From positions 1 through 64,000 of IMG/VR virus record IMGVR_UViG_3300037484_000491: 64,000 nucleotides of DNA, one strand, 5' to 3'. Of this stretch, positions 45,739 to 55,043 are shown piece by piece. Origin of the DNA: a virus. The notes beneath the pieces are model-generated. The model saw only the letters and a program-made list of their open reading frames with translations. It was not told the origin of the DNA and did not search any database. How positions within the stretch are numbered: the stretch's first letter is position 1; each line of letters opens with the position of its first letter. The translations under genes were made by a program, and so were the position numbers.

Positions 45739-45824
45739 AAATAATTGTTAATTCAAAAGGTTTCTTCGATTTTGACTAACAAATGTAAAAAGTTATATAT
45801 GTATATATATTAATAAGTAAATGT

Positions 45825-47435
45825 ATGATCCAAAACACAGCTTCTCTTGCTCAAAATGAGAAAGGAGAAAAAGTAATAAAAGTTTCATTTAGTTTTGATC
45901 TTGACATGCTTGACAAAGTAAGATCAATTCCAGGTAGAAAATATTATCCTGAAGATAAATTTTGGTCTGCTCCTTTGTCTATTGAAAATATTGAGCAATT
46001 ACAAAAATGGGACTACAAAATAGATAGTACTTTAAATTCCTATTCAGAAAAAGCAAAAGAGAAAAAAGCAGAAATTTCTTTAAATGGAATTCCCGGATTA
46101 AAAGGAACCCCCAGACCTTTTCAAAATGTAGCTGCTGCATTTGCAGAAGATAAAAATGGACGCTTCTTAAATGCGGACGATCAAGGGATTGGAAAAACAA
46201 TCGAAACATTAATGTGGATTCAATTACATAGAAATAAAATACCGGTTGCAATTATTTGCCCGGCTTCATTAAAACTAAATTGGGAAAGGGAAACAGAAAA
46301 ATGGTTACCTAACCCTTTTATTGAAATTTTATCAGGTACAAAAATATGGAAAACTTCTGCTGATATCCTTATTTTAAATTATGATATTGCTTTTGCATGG
46401 TTGCCTGAATTGAAAAGAAGAAATTTACAAATTTTAGTATTAGATGAATGTCATGCTCTAAAAGCATCTTCTGCAAGAAGGACAAAAGCAGTTAAGAAAA
46501 TTGCAAAAGGAATCCCTCATATTTTAGCCTTGTCCGGCACACCAATTTTAAACAGACCGGTTGAAATTTATAATACAATTCAAATTATAAATCCTGATTT
46601 ATTTCCTAATTTCATGGCTTTCACTTTAAGATATTGTAACAGAAAACATAATGGGTTTGGCTGGACTTATAACGGATCTTCTCATGCAGACGAATTAAAT
46701 TCTATCCTTTTATCAAATTGCATGATCAGAAGAAAAAAACAAGATGTTTTGAAAGAACTACCAGATAAAGTTTATTCTTTTGTCCCAATGGCTCTCGATA
46801 ACTTAAAAGAATACAAAGAAGCTGAAAAGTCTTTTATTGCTTATATAAGACAAACAAAAGGAAATGAAGCAGCGGAACGAATAAAACGAATTGAACAACT
46901 TGCAAAAATTGAAGGATTGAAACAACTTGCTGTTCAGGGAAAACTTTTACAGGTAATTGACTGGATAAAAGAATTTCTTGAAACAGGAAATAAACTTGTT
47001 GTTTTTTGTGTTCATAAATTTGTTGTTAATAGTTTGATGACAGAATTTAAAGAAATTGCAGTTAAAATTGATGGATCTGTGGCAACAAATAAACGACAAA
47101 TTCTTGTAGATGCTTTTCAAAATGATGAAAAGATACGATTATTTGTGGGAAATATAAAAGCAGCAGGAGAAGGAATTACTTTAACTGCATCTTCAAATGT
47201 TGCTATCCTTGAACTTCCATGGTCCCCAAAAACAATTGATCAGGCAGGTGACAGAGTGCATAGAATTGGGCAAAAAGACAGTGTTACTATTTATTACCTA
47301 CTTGCTCAAAACACTATTGAAGAAAAAATAGCAAAACTGTTGGATGCAAAAAGAAAAACAGTTGATGCTGTAGTGGATGGGGAAGACACCTCAAATGAAA
47401 ACCTTTTACATGCTCTTATGAATTCTTATAAATAA
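45825..47435 (+). CDS. SNF2-family helicase/ATPase
   Basis: DDQGIGKTIE (motif I), LVLDECHALK (DExH), LSGTPILNRPVE, and a C-terminal helicase domain with AAGEGITLTASSNVAILELPWSP...QAGDRVHRIGQ. Confidence 0.85.
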   Translation: MIQNTASLAQNEKGEKVIKVSFSFDLDMLDKVRSIPGRKYYPEDKFWSAPLSIENIEQLQKWDYKIDSTLNSYSEKAKEKKAEISLNGIPGLKGTPRPFQNVAAAFAEDKNGRFLNADDQGIGKTIETLMWIQLHRNKIPVAIICPASLKLNWERETEKWLPNPFIEILSGTKIWKTSADILILNYDIAFAWLPELKRRNLQILVLDECHALKASSARRTKAVKKIAKGIPHILALSGTPILNRPVEIYNTIQIINPDLFPNFMAFTLRYCNRKHNGFGWTYNGSSHADELNSILLSNCMIRRKKQDVLKELPDKVYSFVPMALDNLKEYKEAEKSFIAYIRQTKGNEAAERIKRIEQLAKIEGLKQLAVQGKLLQVIDWIKEFLETGNKLVVFCVHKFVVNSLMTEFKEIAVKIDGSVATNKRQILVDAFQNDEKIRLFVGNIKAAGEGITLTASSNVAILELPWSPKTIDQAGDRVHRIGQKDSVTIYYLLAQNTIEEKIAKLLDAKRKTVDAVVDGEDTSNENLLHALMNSYK

Positions 47436-47454
47436 ATTTAAAAACTAATTAAAA

Positions 47455-47901
47455 ATGAATTACGATTTGTTACTTAGAAAACTTGCATGGGATTTCTCGC
47501 AAAAGTCAGGACTTGACATTGATGATCTGTTTCAGGAGGCCTCCCTGGCTTATCTGGAAGCCGTTAGAACGTATGATCCTGCAAAAAGCAAGATTAGCAC
47601 CTATGTCTGGCATTGTGTTCACAACAGACTCACAAATTACCTCAGGGACTATCAAAAGTATTCCGCTGAATCTCTTGAAGTTGTTACAATCACAAAAACA
47701 ACAAATGAAACTGCTTACTTTGAAAATTTAAGTGATACAGCTTCAAAAATTGCAAAAGTTGTTTTGTCTTCACCTGAAAACTTTGCTTGTCTTACTCAGA
47801 ATGAAGCAAAGAAAAGAATCAGAAACACACTCCATAAAGAAGGTTGGAGTATTGAAAAAATATTTGCAGGGTTTAAAGAATTGCAAATGATTTATAGTTA
47901 A
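47455..47901 (+). CDS. sigma-70-family (ECF-like, short) sigma factor candidate
   Basis: DIDDLFQEASLAYLEAVRTYDPAKSKISTYVWHCVHNRLTNYLR matches the sigma region 2 pattern. At 148 aa, region 4 is short or divergent. Confidence 0.5.
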   Translation: MNYDLLLRKLAWDFSQKSGLDIDDLFQEASLAYLEAVRTYDPAKSKISTYVWHCVHNRLTNYLRDYQKYSAESLEVVTITKTTNETAYFENLSDTASKIAKVVLSSPENFACLTQNEAKKRIRNTLHKEGWSIEKIFAGFKELQMIYS

Positions 47902-47911
47902 TTCAAAATAA

Positions 47912-48226
47912 ATGTGTATAATACAAAAATTAAGAAAAATGAAAACAATCATTAAATTAATCATCCGTTTCTTTATCCTTATCCGAAATTTTTTATTTGG
48001 TAAGAAAGTAAAAGAATCTGTAAAATTGGAAAACACTTCTGTTCCAATGGTTAAAATATTAAATCAACCTGTTATTCCCAAACACAACAACCGCAGGATA
48101 ACAAGAGGGAGATTTGTTCAATACGTAAATATGGGAGAAGGAAGAACAAGACCAATTTTTTATGGTGCTAAAAATAATTATTATAAAAAGCAGGAAGAAA
48201 TCTACTCTGATAGCAATAGAACATAA
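47912..48226 (+). CDS. hypothetical basic protein (104 aa)
   Basis: ORF track. Confidence 0.35.
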   Translation: MCIIQKLRKMKTIIKLIIRFFILIRNFLFGKKVKESVKLENTSVPMVKILNQPVIPKHNNRRITRGRFVQYVNMGEGRTRPIFYGAKNNYYKKQEEIYSDSNRT

Positions 48227-48311
48227 AAATGCTATCTATCATAAAACTATATTATATAATATTGAAGAAAAAGAAATGGTATCAGTTTATTGAAATAAAA
48301 GAAAAAATAAT

Positions 48312-49772
48312 ATGAAACAATTAACCCATTTAACCACAAAACAAGAAGCCTTGATTTCCGTTGTAAGACAGGAGTGGCTTGATTTATTTTTTAAAAATAA
48401 AGGAAATTTGAATAAAATAGTTTTTGAAGAACAAATAGAATGGCTTTATAAAAAATTAAATTATAAAAAACCATTTATTTGGTATTGTGATTCTCCTATG
48501 ATGTGTCAATTAATTATAAATATTCTAAAAAGTACACTTAATATTGATTGGCTAAACATTGGTTCAAACATTAAGTCAAACATTGATTCAAACATTGGTT
48601 CAAACATTAAGTCAAACATTGAGTCAAACATTGGTTCAAACATTTGGTCAAACATTTGTTCAAACATTTGGTCAAACATTTGTTCAAACATTGGTTCAAA
48701 CATTGATTCAAACATTTGGTCAAACATTAGGTCAAACATTAGGTCAAACATTGGTTCAAACATTAGTTCAAACATTGATTCAAACATTTGGTCAAACATT
48801 GGTTCAAACATTGGTTCAAACATTGATTCAAACATTTGGTCAAACATTAGGTCAAACATTGGTTCAAACATTGGTTCAAACATTGGTTCAAACATTGGTT
48901 CAAACATTGAGTCAAACATTAAGTCAAACATTAAGTCAAACATTGGTTCAAACATTAATTCAAAAATTAGGTCAAACATTGGTTCAAACATCAGGTCAAA
49001 CATTGGTTCAAACATCAGGTCAAACATTGATTCAAACATTTGGTCAAACATTGGTTCAAACATTAATTCAAACATTAATTCAAAAATTAGGTCAAACAAA
49101 CTAATTTATGAACCTTTTTCTTATTACGGTAATATAACCGATTATGGGTGGGTTGCTTTTTATGATTATTTTATGAGGTTGGATTATTTTAAATTCAATT
49201 GGTCTGATTTTATTTGTTTTCAAAAATTATTAAAATCAGGAGTCTATGATTTTGTGGCTTTTAAAGATATTCTTTTTGTTTCTTCATGCCCAATAGAAAT
49301 CTATCAAAATTCTAATAATAGATTACACAACACAAACAAACCGTCTGTTCTTTTTAAAGATGGGTATTCTGTTTATGCAATTCATGGAAGAATTCTTCCA
49401 TCTTGGATATGGGAGAAAAAAGAAACAATTACGAAAGAAATGTTTATTAATGAGAAAAATGCAGAAATAAGAGGAGGAATTTATTCTGTTCTTGGAGAAA
49501 AGAGAATGATGGAAATATTAAGAGGAATAGAAGTTGACAAACAAATTATTCAACATTTAAACGATAAAGTTGAAATTATTAAACTTTACAAAACAAAAGA
49601 AACTTTTCCCGAAATAGATAATAAATCATTGGCTTGGGTGAAATTCACTTGCCCTTCTACTGGAACTGATTATTTAATAGCTTGTGAACCTCATTTTACT
49701 AATGCTAAAACAGCCGCTGCTTCACTTAGTATATTTAAAAAAGAAGAATATCAATTTGATTTTAGAACTTAA
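48312..49772 (+). CDS. repeat protein: N-terminal domain, 45 S-N-I-x tetrapeptide units, ~220-aa C-terminal domain
   Basis: Translation reads LNIG SNIK SNID SNIG ... SNIN SKIR. From memory the flanking domains resemble the uncharacterised family in which [DS][QN][VI]x tetrapeptides are reiterated (DUF6745-like?); unverified. Confidence 0.65.
   Translation: MKQLTHLTTKQEALISVVRQEWLDLFFKNKGNLNKIVFEEQIEWLYKKLNYKKPFIWYCDSPMMCQLIINILKSTLNIDWLNIGSNIKSNIDSNIGSNIKSNIESNIGSNIWSNICSNIWSNICSNIGSNIDSNIWSNIRSNIRSNIGSNISSNIDSNIWSNIGSNIGSNIDSNIWSNIRSNIGSNIGSNIGSNIGSNIESNIKSNIKSNIGSNINSKIRSNIGSNIRSNIGSNIRSNIDSNIWSNIGSNINSNINSKIRSNKLIYEPFSYYGNITDYGWVAFYDYFMRLDYFKFNWSDFICFQKLLKSGVYDFVAFKDILFVSSCPIEIYQNSNNRLHNTNKPSVLFKDGYSVYAIHGRILPSWIWEKKETITKEMFINEKNAEIRGGIYSVLGEKRMMEILRGIEVDKQIIQHLNDKVEIIKLYKTKETFPEIDNKSLAWVKFTCPSTGTDYLIACEPHFTNAKTAAASLSIFKKEEYQFDFRT
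48552..49098. repeat. ~45 x 12-nt tandem repeat (TCA AAC ATT NNN)
   Basis: Direct reading. The first three codons are almost invariant, including synonymous positions. The fourth codon varies (ggt, aag, gat, gag, tgg, tgt, agg, agt, aat). Confidence 0.95.
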
Positions 49773-49800
49773 TTTATAAACCAATTTAAAATTTATTATA

Positions 49801-50169
49801 ATGAAAAAAATGATTAAAGGACATCAAGGTGACGTTATGTTTAAAATGATTGCTACTATTCCGGCAAATGCAAAAAGAATTGAAAACACCCCATTAGCGT
49901 ATGGGGAAATCTCTGGGCATATTCATATCCTTACAGGAGATGTTAAATTGCTTGAAGCAGAAGGCAAGAGATTTGCTAAAGTTGGAAAAGGAAAAGCAAG
50001 ACTTCAACATATTCTTGAAGGGAACTTAAAACCATTCTGTATGACAGAAGTAAAAGAACTCCCCATTGCTGATCATAAAAGCATTCTTCTTCCTCCAGGG
50101 ACATATGAAATAGGGATACAAAAACAATTTAATCCTTTTAAGAAAGTGTTTGAACAAGTTCAAGATTAA
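49801..50169 (+). CDS. hypothetical protein (122 aa)
   Basis: ORF track. Confidence 0.5.
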   Translation: MKKMIKGHQGDVMFKMIATIPANAKRIENTPLAYGEISGHIHILTGDVKLLEAEGKRFAKVGKGKARLQHILEGNLKPFCMTEVKELPIADHKSILLPPGTYEIGIQKQFNPFKKVFEQVQD

Positions 50170-51067
50170 ATTGAACATAATTCAACTACTCCAGAATTTT
50201 AGTGTCCCTTATTCAACAGAAGGTAAAAACGTACAAAATGGTTGGATAGGTGTCCAATGTCCTTTTTGTGGGGATATTTCAAATCACATGGGGTTCAATT
50301 TGCAAGATAATTATTTTTCATGTTGGAGGTGTGGCGGAAGACCTTTGATCACCACTATTTCAAAACTAATTAATGTTAATGAAGCTGAGGTTCGGAAAAT
50401 TATCAAAAGATATGATTTAGTCGTCCCTAAACGCACTGATGAATCATTGGTGAAAATCCGAACCAAAGCTTTTAAACTACCTTCAAACACAGTTGCATTA
50501 TTACCTCATCACAAAGAATATCTTGCAAAAAGAAACTTTGATCCTGACTATCTTGAAAAAAAATGGGGTTTGTTGTCAACTGGCCCTGTCAGCAAACTTG
50601 ACAATATTGACTACAAACACAGGATAATAATTCCTTTTATCTGGGATGAGAAAATAGTTACATTTGACAGCAGGGATGTCACAGGAAAAGATCTTGCGAG
50701 GTACAAAGCTTGCCCAAAAGACAGAGAATTAATACCTCATAAAAGTATATTGTATGGGAAACAAGAAAAATGGAAAAAAACAGGTATATTGGTGGAAGGT
50801 CCTACTGACGTTTGGCGTTTTGGTCCTTTTGCTTGTGCTACATCTGGAATTAAGTACACAAATAGACAAGTTAGATGTATTTCCAAATCGTTTAGTCGTG
50901 TGGCTGTGTGTTTCGATAGTGACAATCAAGCTAGTTATCAAGCTGATAAAATGGTCTCTGAACTAAAGTTTCGTGGTGTAGATGCTTTCAGAGTTGATAT
51001 TGAAAGTGATCCTGGTTCAATGAAACAAGAAGATGCAAATTATTTAGTTAAAAATTTAATAGGATGA
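50150..51067 (+). CDS. DNA primase (zinc-finger + Toprim)
   Basis: CPFCGD...CWRCG zinc-binding pairs, Toprim-like ILVEGPTDVW and AVCFDSDNQ. Confidence 0.65.
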   Translation: MNKFKIKLNIIQLLQNFSVPYSTEGKNVQNGWIGVQCPFCGDISNHMGFNLQDNYFSCWRCGGRPLITTISKLINVNEAEVRKIIKRYDLVVPKRTDESLVKIRTKAFKLPSNTVALLPHHKEYLAKRNFDPDYLEKKWGLLSTGPVSKLDNIDYKHRIIIPFIWDEKIVTFDSRDVTGKDLARYKACPKDRELIPHKSILYGKQEKWKKTGILVEGPTDVWRFGPFACATSGIKYTNRQVRCISKSFSRVAVCFDSDNQASYQADKMVSELKFRGVDAFRVDIESDPGSMKQEDANYLVKNLIG

Positions 51068-51306
51068 AACGACTTATTAACCACTCTTGGCTGAAACAAG
51101 ATGGATTCAGAACTCATATTTGCATCCATTGTGGGATAATTAGGTATTGGGACGATAGTTTTAAAAAACTGATATATAAGACAAAATATAAAATCTGGTA
51201 TTACAATATGCCTGAATGTAAAAGAACTTATCTTTGTGATAAAGTAGAAATGCAATTACCTGCAAATATTCAAAAAAGTATTTATAATCACAACAGAAAA
51301 ATTTAA
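51064..51306 (+). CDS. small Cys/His-containing protein (80 aa)
   Basis: ORF track; ATGA overlap; HICIHCG...PECKRTYLC. Confidence 0.4.
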   Translation: MKRLINHSWLKQDGFRTHICIHCGIIRYWDDSFKKLIYKTKYKIWYYNMPECKRTYLCDKVEMQLPANIQKSIYNHNRKI

Positions 51307-51309
51307 TTT

Positions 51310-51594
51310 TATGAATTATATAGAACGTAAAAAAATGGAAACAACTAAATTAGAAAAACTACACACATGTTCTGATGCAAAAGATTATGTTAGAACACAA
51401 AAAACAATTCTTAGTGCTTGGCAAAATTGTGAAAGATGAGATTGGATGTTATGGCTTGCTAAACAGCTAAATGTTGATGATAAAAAATTAACAATGTCAA
51501 AAATAATGTGTGCAAAACAAGTTGAACATTTGATGAAAGATCAAAGAAGCAAAAATGCTTTACTGAAGAAGTTTTATCTAAATATAAAAAATTA
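51310..51594 (+). pseudogene. 94-codon reading frame interrupted by one in-frame TGA (51436-51438)
   Basis: Hand translation: MNYIERKKMETTKLEKLHTCSDAKDYVRTQKTILSAWQNCER*DWMLWLAKQLNVDDKKLTMSKIMCAKQVEHLMKDQRSKNALLKKFYLNIKN*. Confidence 0.3.
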
Positions 51595-51599
51595 AAATA

Positions 51600-51890
51600 A
51601 TGAAATGGGTAATTTATTTAACACTTATTTCTTTTTTTGGATTTATTATTTTGTTTATAAAAGCAATTAATGAAACTAAAAAAGAACCTGAAAAAGGAAA
51701 TGTATTATATCCTGATGAGGATGAAAAAGTATTCAGTGAATTTGAAGACAATGAACATTCTCCTTTGAACTTAGACGTTGATAAAACTTTAAAAAGATTA
51801 TCTTTACAAAAACAATTAAATAAAATTGAAGAAGAAAGAGAAAGAGAAAAAGAAAGTTTTGATTTTAATAATAAAAAATATGAAAAGTAG
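51600..51890 (+). CDS. membrane-anchored acidic protein (96 aa)
   Basis: N-terminal TM (VIYLTLISFFGFIILFI) followed by a Glu/Lys-rich tail. Confidence 0.45.
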   Translation: MKWVIYLTLISFFGFIILFIKAINETKKEPEKGNVLYPDEDEKVFSEFEDNEHSPLNLDVDKTLKRLSLQKQLNKIEEEREREKESFDFNNKKYEK

Positions 51891-51910
51891 TATTCACTAA
51901 AAAAAGAGAA

Positions 51911-52315
51911 ATGCAAAAAATGACATTAACAATTTTATTTATATTACTTACAATAATTGTTCACGCTCCTATATATAGTTACCTGCCAATTATTGTATCC
52001 GAGCCAACACAACCTTATGAAGCAATTTGGAGGGCTGTATGCCAGGTAGAAAGTTCTAATGATCCTTTGGCTTACAATAAAAACGAACATGCCGTAGGCA
52101 TTGCCCAAATACGACAATGCAGGGTTGATGACTTTAATAAACAAACAGGCAAAAATTACAAACTTCAGGAAATGTATTGCCCCGTGAAAAGCAAAGAAGT
52201 ATTCTTATTCTTTGCTGATAAACTTCAAACTCCTGATCTTATTATAAGGAAATGGAACGGATCAGGTGTAAAAACCTATTCATATTTAGCAAAAGTACAG
52301 GGAGTTATAAAGTAG
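51911..52315 (+). CDS. SLT-domain lytic transglycosylase with N-terminal signal/anchor
   Basis: AVCQVESSNDPLAYNKNEHAVGIAQIRQ fits the E-S...GL/IMQI transglycosylase motif; N-terminal LTILFILLTIIVHAP. Confidence 0.6.
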   Translation: MQKMTLTILFILLTIIVHAPIYSYLPIIVSEPTQPYEAIWRAVCQVESSNDPLAYNKNEHAVGIAQIRQCRVDDFNKQTGKNYKLQEMYCPVKSKEVFLFFADKLQTPDLIIRKWNGSGVKTYSYLAKVQGVIK

Positions 52316-52510
52316 TTTGAAAAATATTTGTTTATTAGTTTTATTTAGTTTTACTTTGTAGAGAATTAAAAAGCATCCTATGAGTACAGAAGTTTTCATT
52401 TTGGTTAATAATACTGCCCGCCGGCAGAGAATCTCCCTCGCAAGGTTTGTTGGATGCTTACCTACGAGGGTTTTTCTTTTGTTGGTGGGCTTCTTTTTAT
52501 AATATTAATA

Positions 52511-53329
52511 ATGGATGGTTGGATAAAATTACACCGTAAATTTTGTAAATGGGAATGGTACGATAAATCAGAAATGGTACACTTATTTATTCACTTACTT
52601 TTGAATGCAAACCATGAAGATAAAAAATGGAGAGGGGTAATTATAAAAAGAGGAGAACTTGCTACAGGGTTATCTTCTTTGAAAGCTAAAACACACATTT
52701 CAATACGCACTTTACGTACTTGTATAAACAGGCTAAAATCGACAGGCGAACTGACACGCAAAGTGACAAACAAATATAGTATTTTAACTATTTGTAACTA
52801 TGAGAGTTATCAATGCCAAGAAAATGAAACCGACAAGCTAATTGACACCCTACCTAACAAACAACCGACAAGCAACCGACAACAAACAAGAAGTATAAGA
52901 AAGAAAAGAAGAAAAGAAGAAATCCCTCCACCGAACAAGTCGGTGGACTTTATTGACCAAATAATTAATTGTTTTGTGGAAGAATATGGAGATTATAAAA
53001 TCCTTGCTAAAGGAAAAGAAAGAGCAGCAGCAGGAAAAATACTTTCTGAATACAAAAAAGAATTTCCTGAACATTCTTCTGAGGAAACACTTGAAGGGCT
53101 TCAAATATTTTTTAGACAATGTTTAAGTATTACTTCTGATAAGTGGTTATATGATAATATGAGTTTGCCAATAATTGTCAGTCAGTATAACAAAATAATA
53201 AATATAATTAAAAATGGAGAAACAACAACAAAACAAAAAGGAGCAACCCCCAAGCAAATTGCCGGAGCAGTTGCCAAACATTTTGCAATTGACTACAAAA
53301 AACCTGATGAAAGGTATAGTGAAAATTAA
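52511..53329 (+). CDS. replisome organiser / replication initiation protein candidate
   Basis: MDGWIKLHRKFCKWEWYDKSEMVHLFIHLLLNANHEDKKWRGVIIKRGELATGLSSL...IRTLRTCINRLKSTGEL is typical of phage replisome-organiser N-terminal winged-helix domains. The start is moved from 52454 to ATG 52511. Confidence 0.5.
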   Translation: MDGWIKLHRKFCKWEWYDKSEMVHLFIHLLLNANHEDKKWRGVIIKRGELATGLSSLKAKTHISIRTLRTCINRLKSTGELTRKVTNKYSILTICNYESYQCQENETDKLIDTLPNKQPTSNRQQTRSIRKKRRKEEIPPPNKSVDFIDQIINCFVEEYGDYKILAKGKERAAAGKILSEYKKEFPEHSSEETLEGLQIFFRQCLSITSDKWLYDNMSLPIIVSQYNKIINIIKNGETTTKQKGATPKQIAGAVAKHFAIDYKKPDERYSEN

Positions 53330-53621
53330 AACAGCGTTTCCTTCACTTCCTGTAGAATTTTATGATATTCTTTGTGAACGTTTAAAAGAAAAGGAGTTTT
53401 CTAATGAAAGATTTAACAATGCTGTGGACGGTGTAATTGATACTTGTAAATATCCCACACCAACAGTTGCCCATTTTATGTGTTTTGATGAAGAGTACAC
53501 TTGTGCTTTTGGATTTAAGTTTGGAGAAGATCATACACTTTATGCCGGTTGTGAAGATTGTGAAGATTATTCAAAAGACAAATTTAAAAAATGTTTTCTG
53601 GCAAGAGTAAAGAAAAAATGA
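53307..53621 (+). CDS. hypothetical protein
   Basis: The track ORF 53214-53621 overlaps the upstream gene by 116 nt. The internal ATG 53307 (MKGIVKIK...) reduces the overlap to 23 nt. Confidence 0.4.
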   Translation: MKGIVKIKTAFPSLPVEFYDILCERLKEKEFSNERFNNAVDGVIDTCKYPTPTVAHFMCFDEEYTCAFGFKFGEDHTLYAGCEDCEDYSKDKFKKCFLARVKKK

Positions 53622-54853
53622 TAGACGAAAGAAAAATAATTATCTCTCTGATTACCAACACAGAATTTACAAAACAAATTCGTTCTTGTTGGAATCTCAA
53701 CTTTATTGAGAGTGCAACAGCACGTAAACTTGCAATGTGGTGTATTGAGTTTTTTGATAAATACCAAAAAGCACCTCAAAAAGAAATTGAGGACATTTAC
53801 CAACAAAAACTTCAAACAGGCAAACTTTCAAAAGAGGAGGGATCAGATATTGAGGAGATATTATCAGGACTAAGTGAACAATATGAGCAAGAAGAAACAA
53901 GTCAGAATTTAATTGATCTGACACTTCAACATTTTCAGGAAAGGCATTTGCTTATTTACACAGAAAATATCAAAGCATTTATCAAAGCCGGTCAAATTGC
54001 AGAAGCCAACAAACTTGTGGGTCAATTTAAACCGCTTGATACTGATACAAAAAAACTCAATGAGTTTATCCTGACCGTAAACGAGATCAGGCAAAAACAA
54101 ATACCAAAGTTAAAAACACTTATGTCTCCTTGGTTGAAAGAAAGTCAACTCACAATTCTGCATGGCAAGTCAGGTGCAGGTAAATCTCTGTTGGTGATAT
54201 CTGTTGCTTATGTTTTAGGTTTGAAAGAATTTGACAGGGATGAATGTGACATTGGGGAATGGTGCGTGAAGTATCCTACCGGTTGTTTGTACGTGGACGG
54301 GGAATTAGGTCAGCAAGAAATGGAAGATAGGGTCAGGCAATTTGAATGGTTGGGCAAACAAAAATACAGAATGAGAATATTCTCTGTACCGGAATATCAA
54401 CTTGCAACAGAAAATACGTTTTATCTGTCAGAAAGAACAAACCAATTAAAAATTATAACATGGCTCAGGGAACACCCAACTTACAAACTTATCATCTTGG
54501 ATAGTGTGAGTACTCTTTTTGGGTTGGAGGAGGAAAACAACAATTCAGAGTGGAATAACAAGATAAACCCCTTTTTAAGAGATTTAAGGGCATATGGGGT
54601 TGCAACCATACTCCTGCATCACACAGGTAAAGATAATAAAAGGGGACTACGTGGTGCAAGTTCTATGAGTGCCATGGCACACAACATCTTCTACCTGAAG
54701 GATCATCAGGACAAAAATGAAGGAAATGCCTGGTTCATTGTCAGCAAAGATAAAAAGCGATCAGGTGGAAAAGGGTTTAAAACATTTGCTTTAAAATATT
54801 CACAAAATGAAAATGAAACAGAAACTCGTTGGGAAGACACAGAGAATTTTTGA
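53591..54853 (+). CDS. RepA/DnaB-like (AAA_25-type) replicative helicase candidate
   Basis: LTILHGKSGAGKSLLV (Walker A) and KLIILDSVSTLF (Walker B), then TILLHHTGKD. Confidence 0.6.
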   Translation: MFSGKSKEKMIDERKIIISLITNTEFTKQIRSCWNLNFIESATARKLAMWCIEFFDKYQKAPQKEIEDIYQQKLQTGKLSKEEGSDIEEILSGLSEQYEQEETSQNLIDLTLQHFQERHLLIYTENIKAFIKAGQIAEANKLVGQFKPLDTDTKKLNEFILTVNEIRQKQIPKLKTLMSPWLKESQLTILHGKSGAGKSLLVISVAYVLGLKEFDRDECDIGEWCVKYPTGCLYVDGELGQQEMEDRVRQFEWLGKQKYRMRIFSVPEYQLATENTFYLSERTNQLKIITWLREHPTYKLIILDSVSTLFGLEEENNNSEWNNKINPFLRDLRAYGVATILLHHTGKDNKRGLRGASSMSAMAHNIFYLKDHQDKNEGNAWFIVSKDKKRSGGKGFKTFALKYSQNENETETRWEDTENF

Positions 54854-54990
54854 AACGTGTACGTTAACGGAAGGTGCCTGTTCAATTTAAAAGGCAAAAT
54901 GGTAGGTAACTATCACTTTAATATAAAAATGGTTTAAAACGCTTTAAAATGAGTTTTAAAAATATATTTGAAAAAGTAGCTTTATTAAAA

Positions 54991-55013
54991 AAATTAATTG
55001 TATAATACAGAAA
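54991..55013 (+). promoter_or_regulatory. 23-nt element with extended -10 (TGTATAAT), copy 2
   Basis: Exact copy of 41232-41254; 30 nt upstream of the ParB-like start codon. Confidence 0.5.
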
Positions 55014-55043
55014 TTTGAGAATTATAAACCATTAAAATTTTAT

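Noticed and set aside
48506-49104. ORFs 48506-49099 (-) and 48559-49104 (+) over the SNIx repeat
   Set aside because: Same artefact: periodic DNA is open in several frames (MFEPMFD..., VQTLSQT...). Only 48312-49772 has flanking globular domains.
52454-52510. N-terminal extension (MLTYEGFSFVGGLLFIILI) of the replication-initiator ORF
   Set aside because: The extension overlaps the structured, terminator-like leader. The conserved-looking protein begins at MDGWIKLHRK (ATG 52511).
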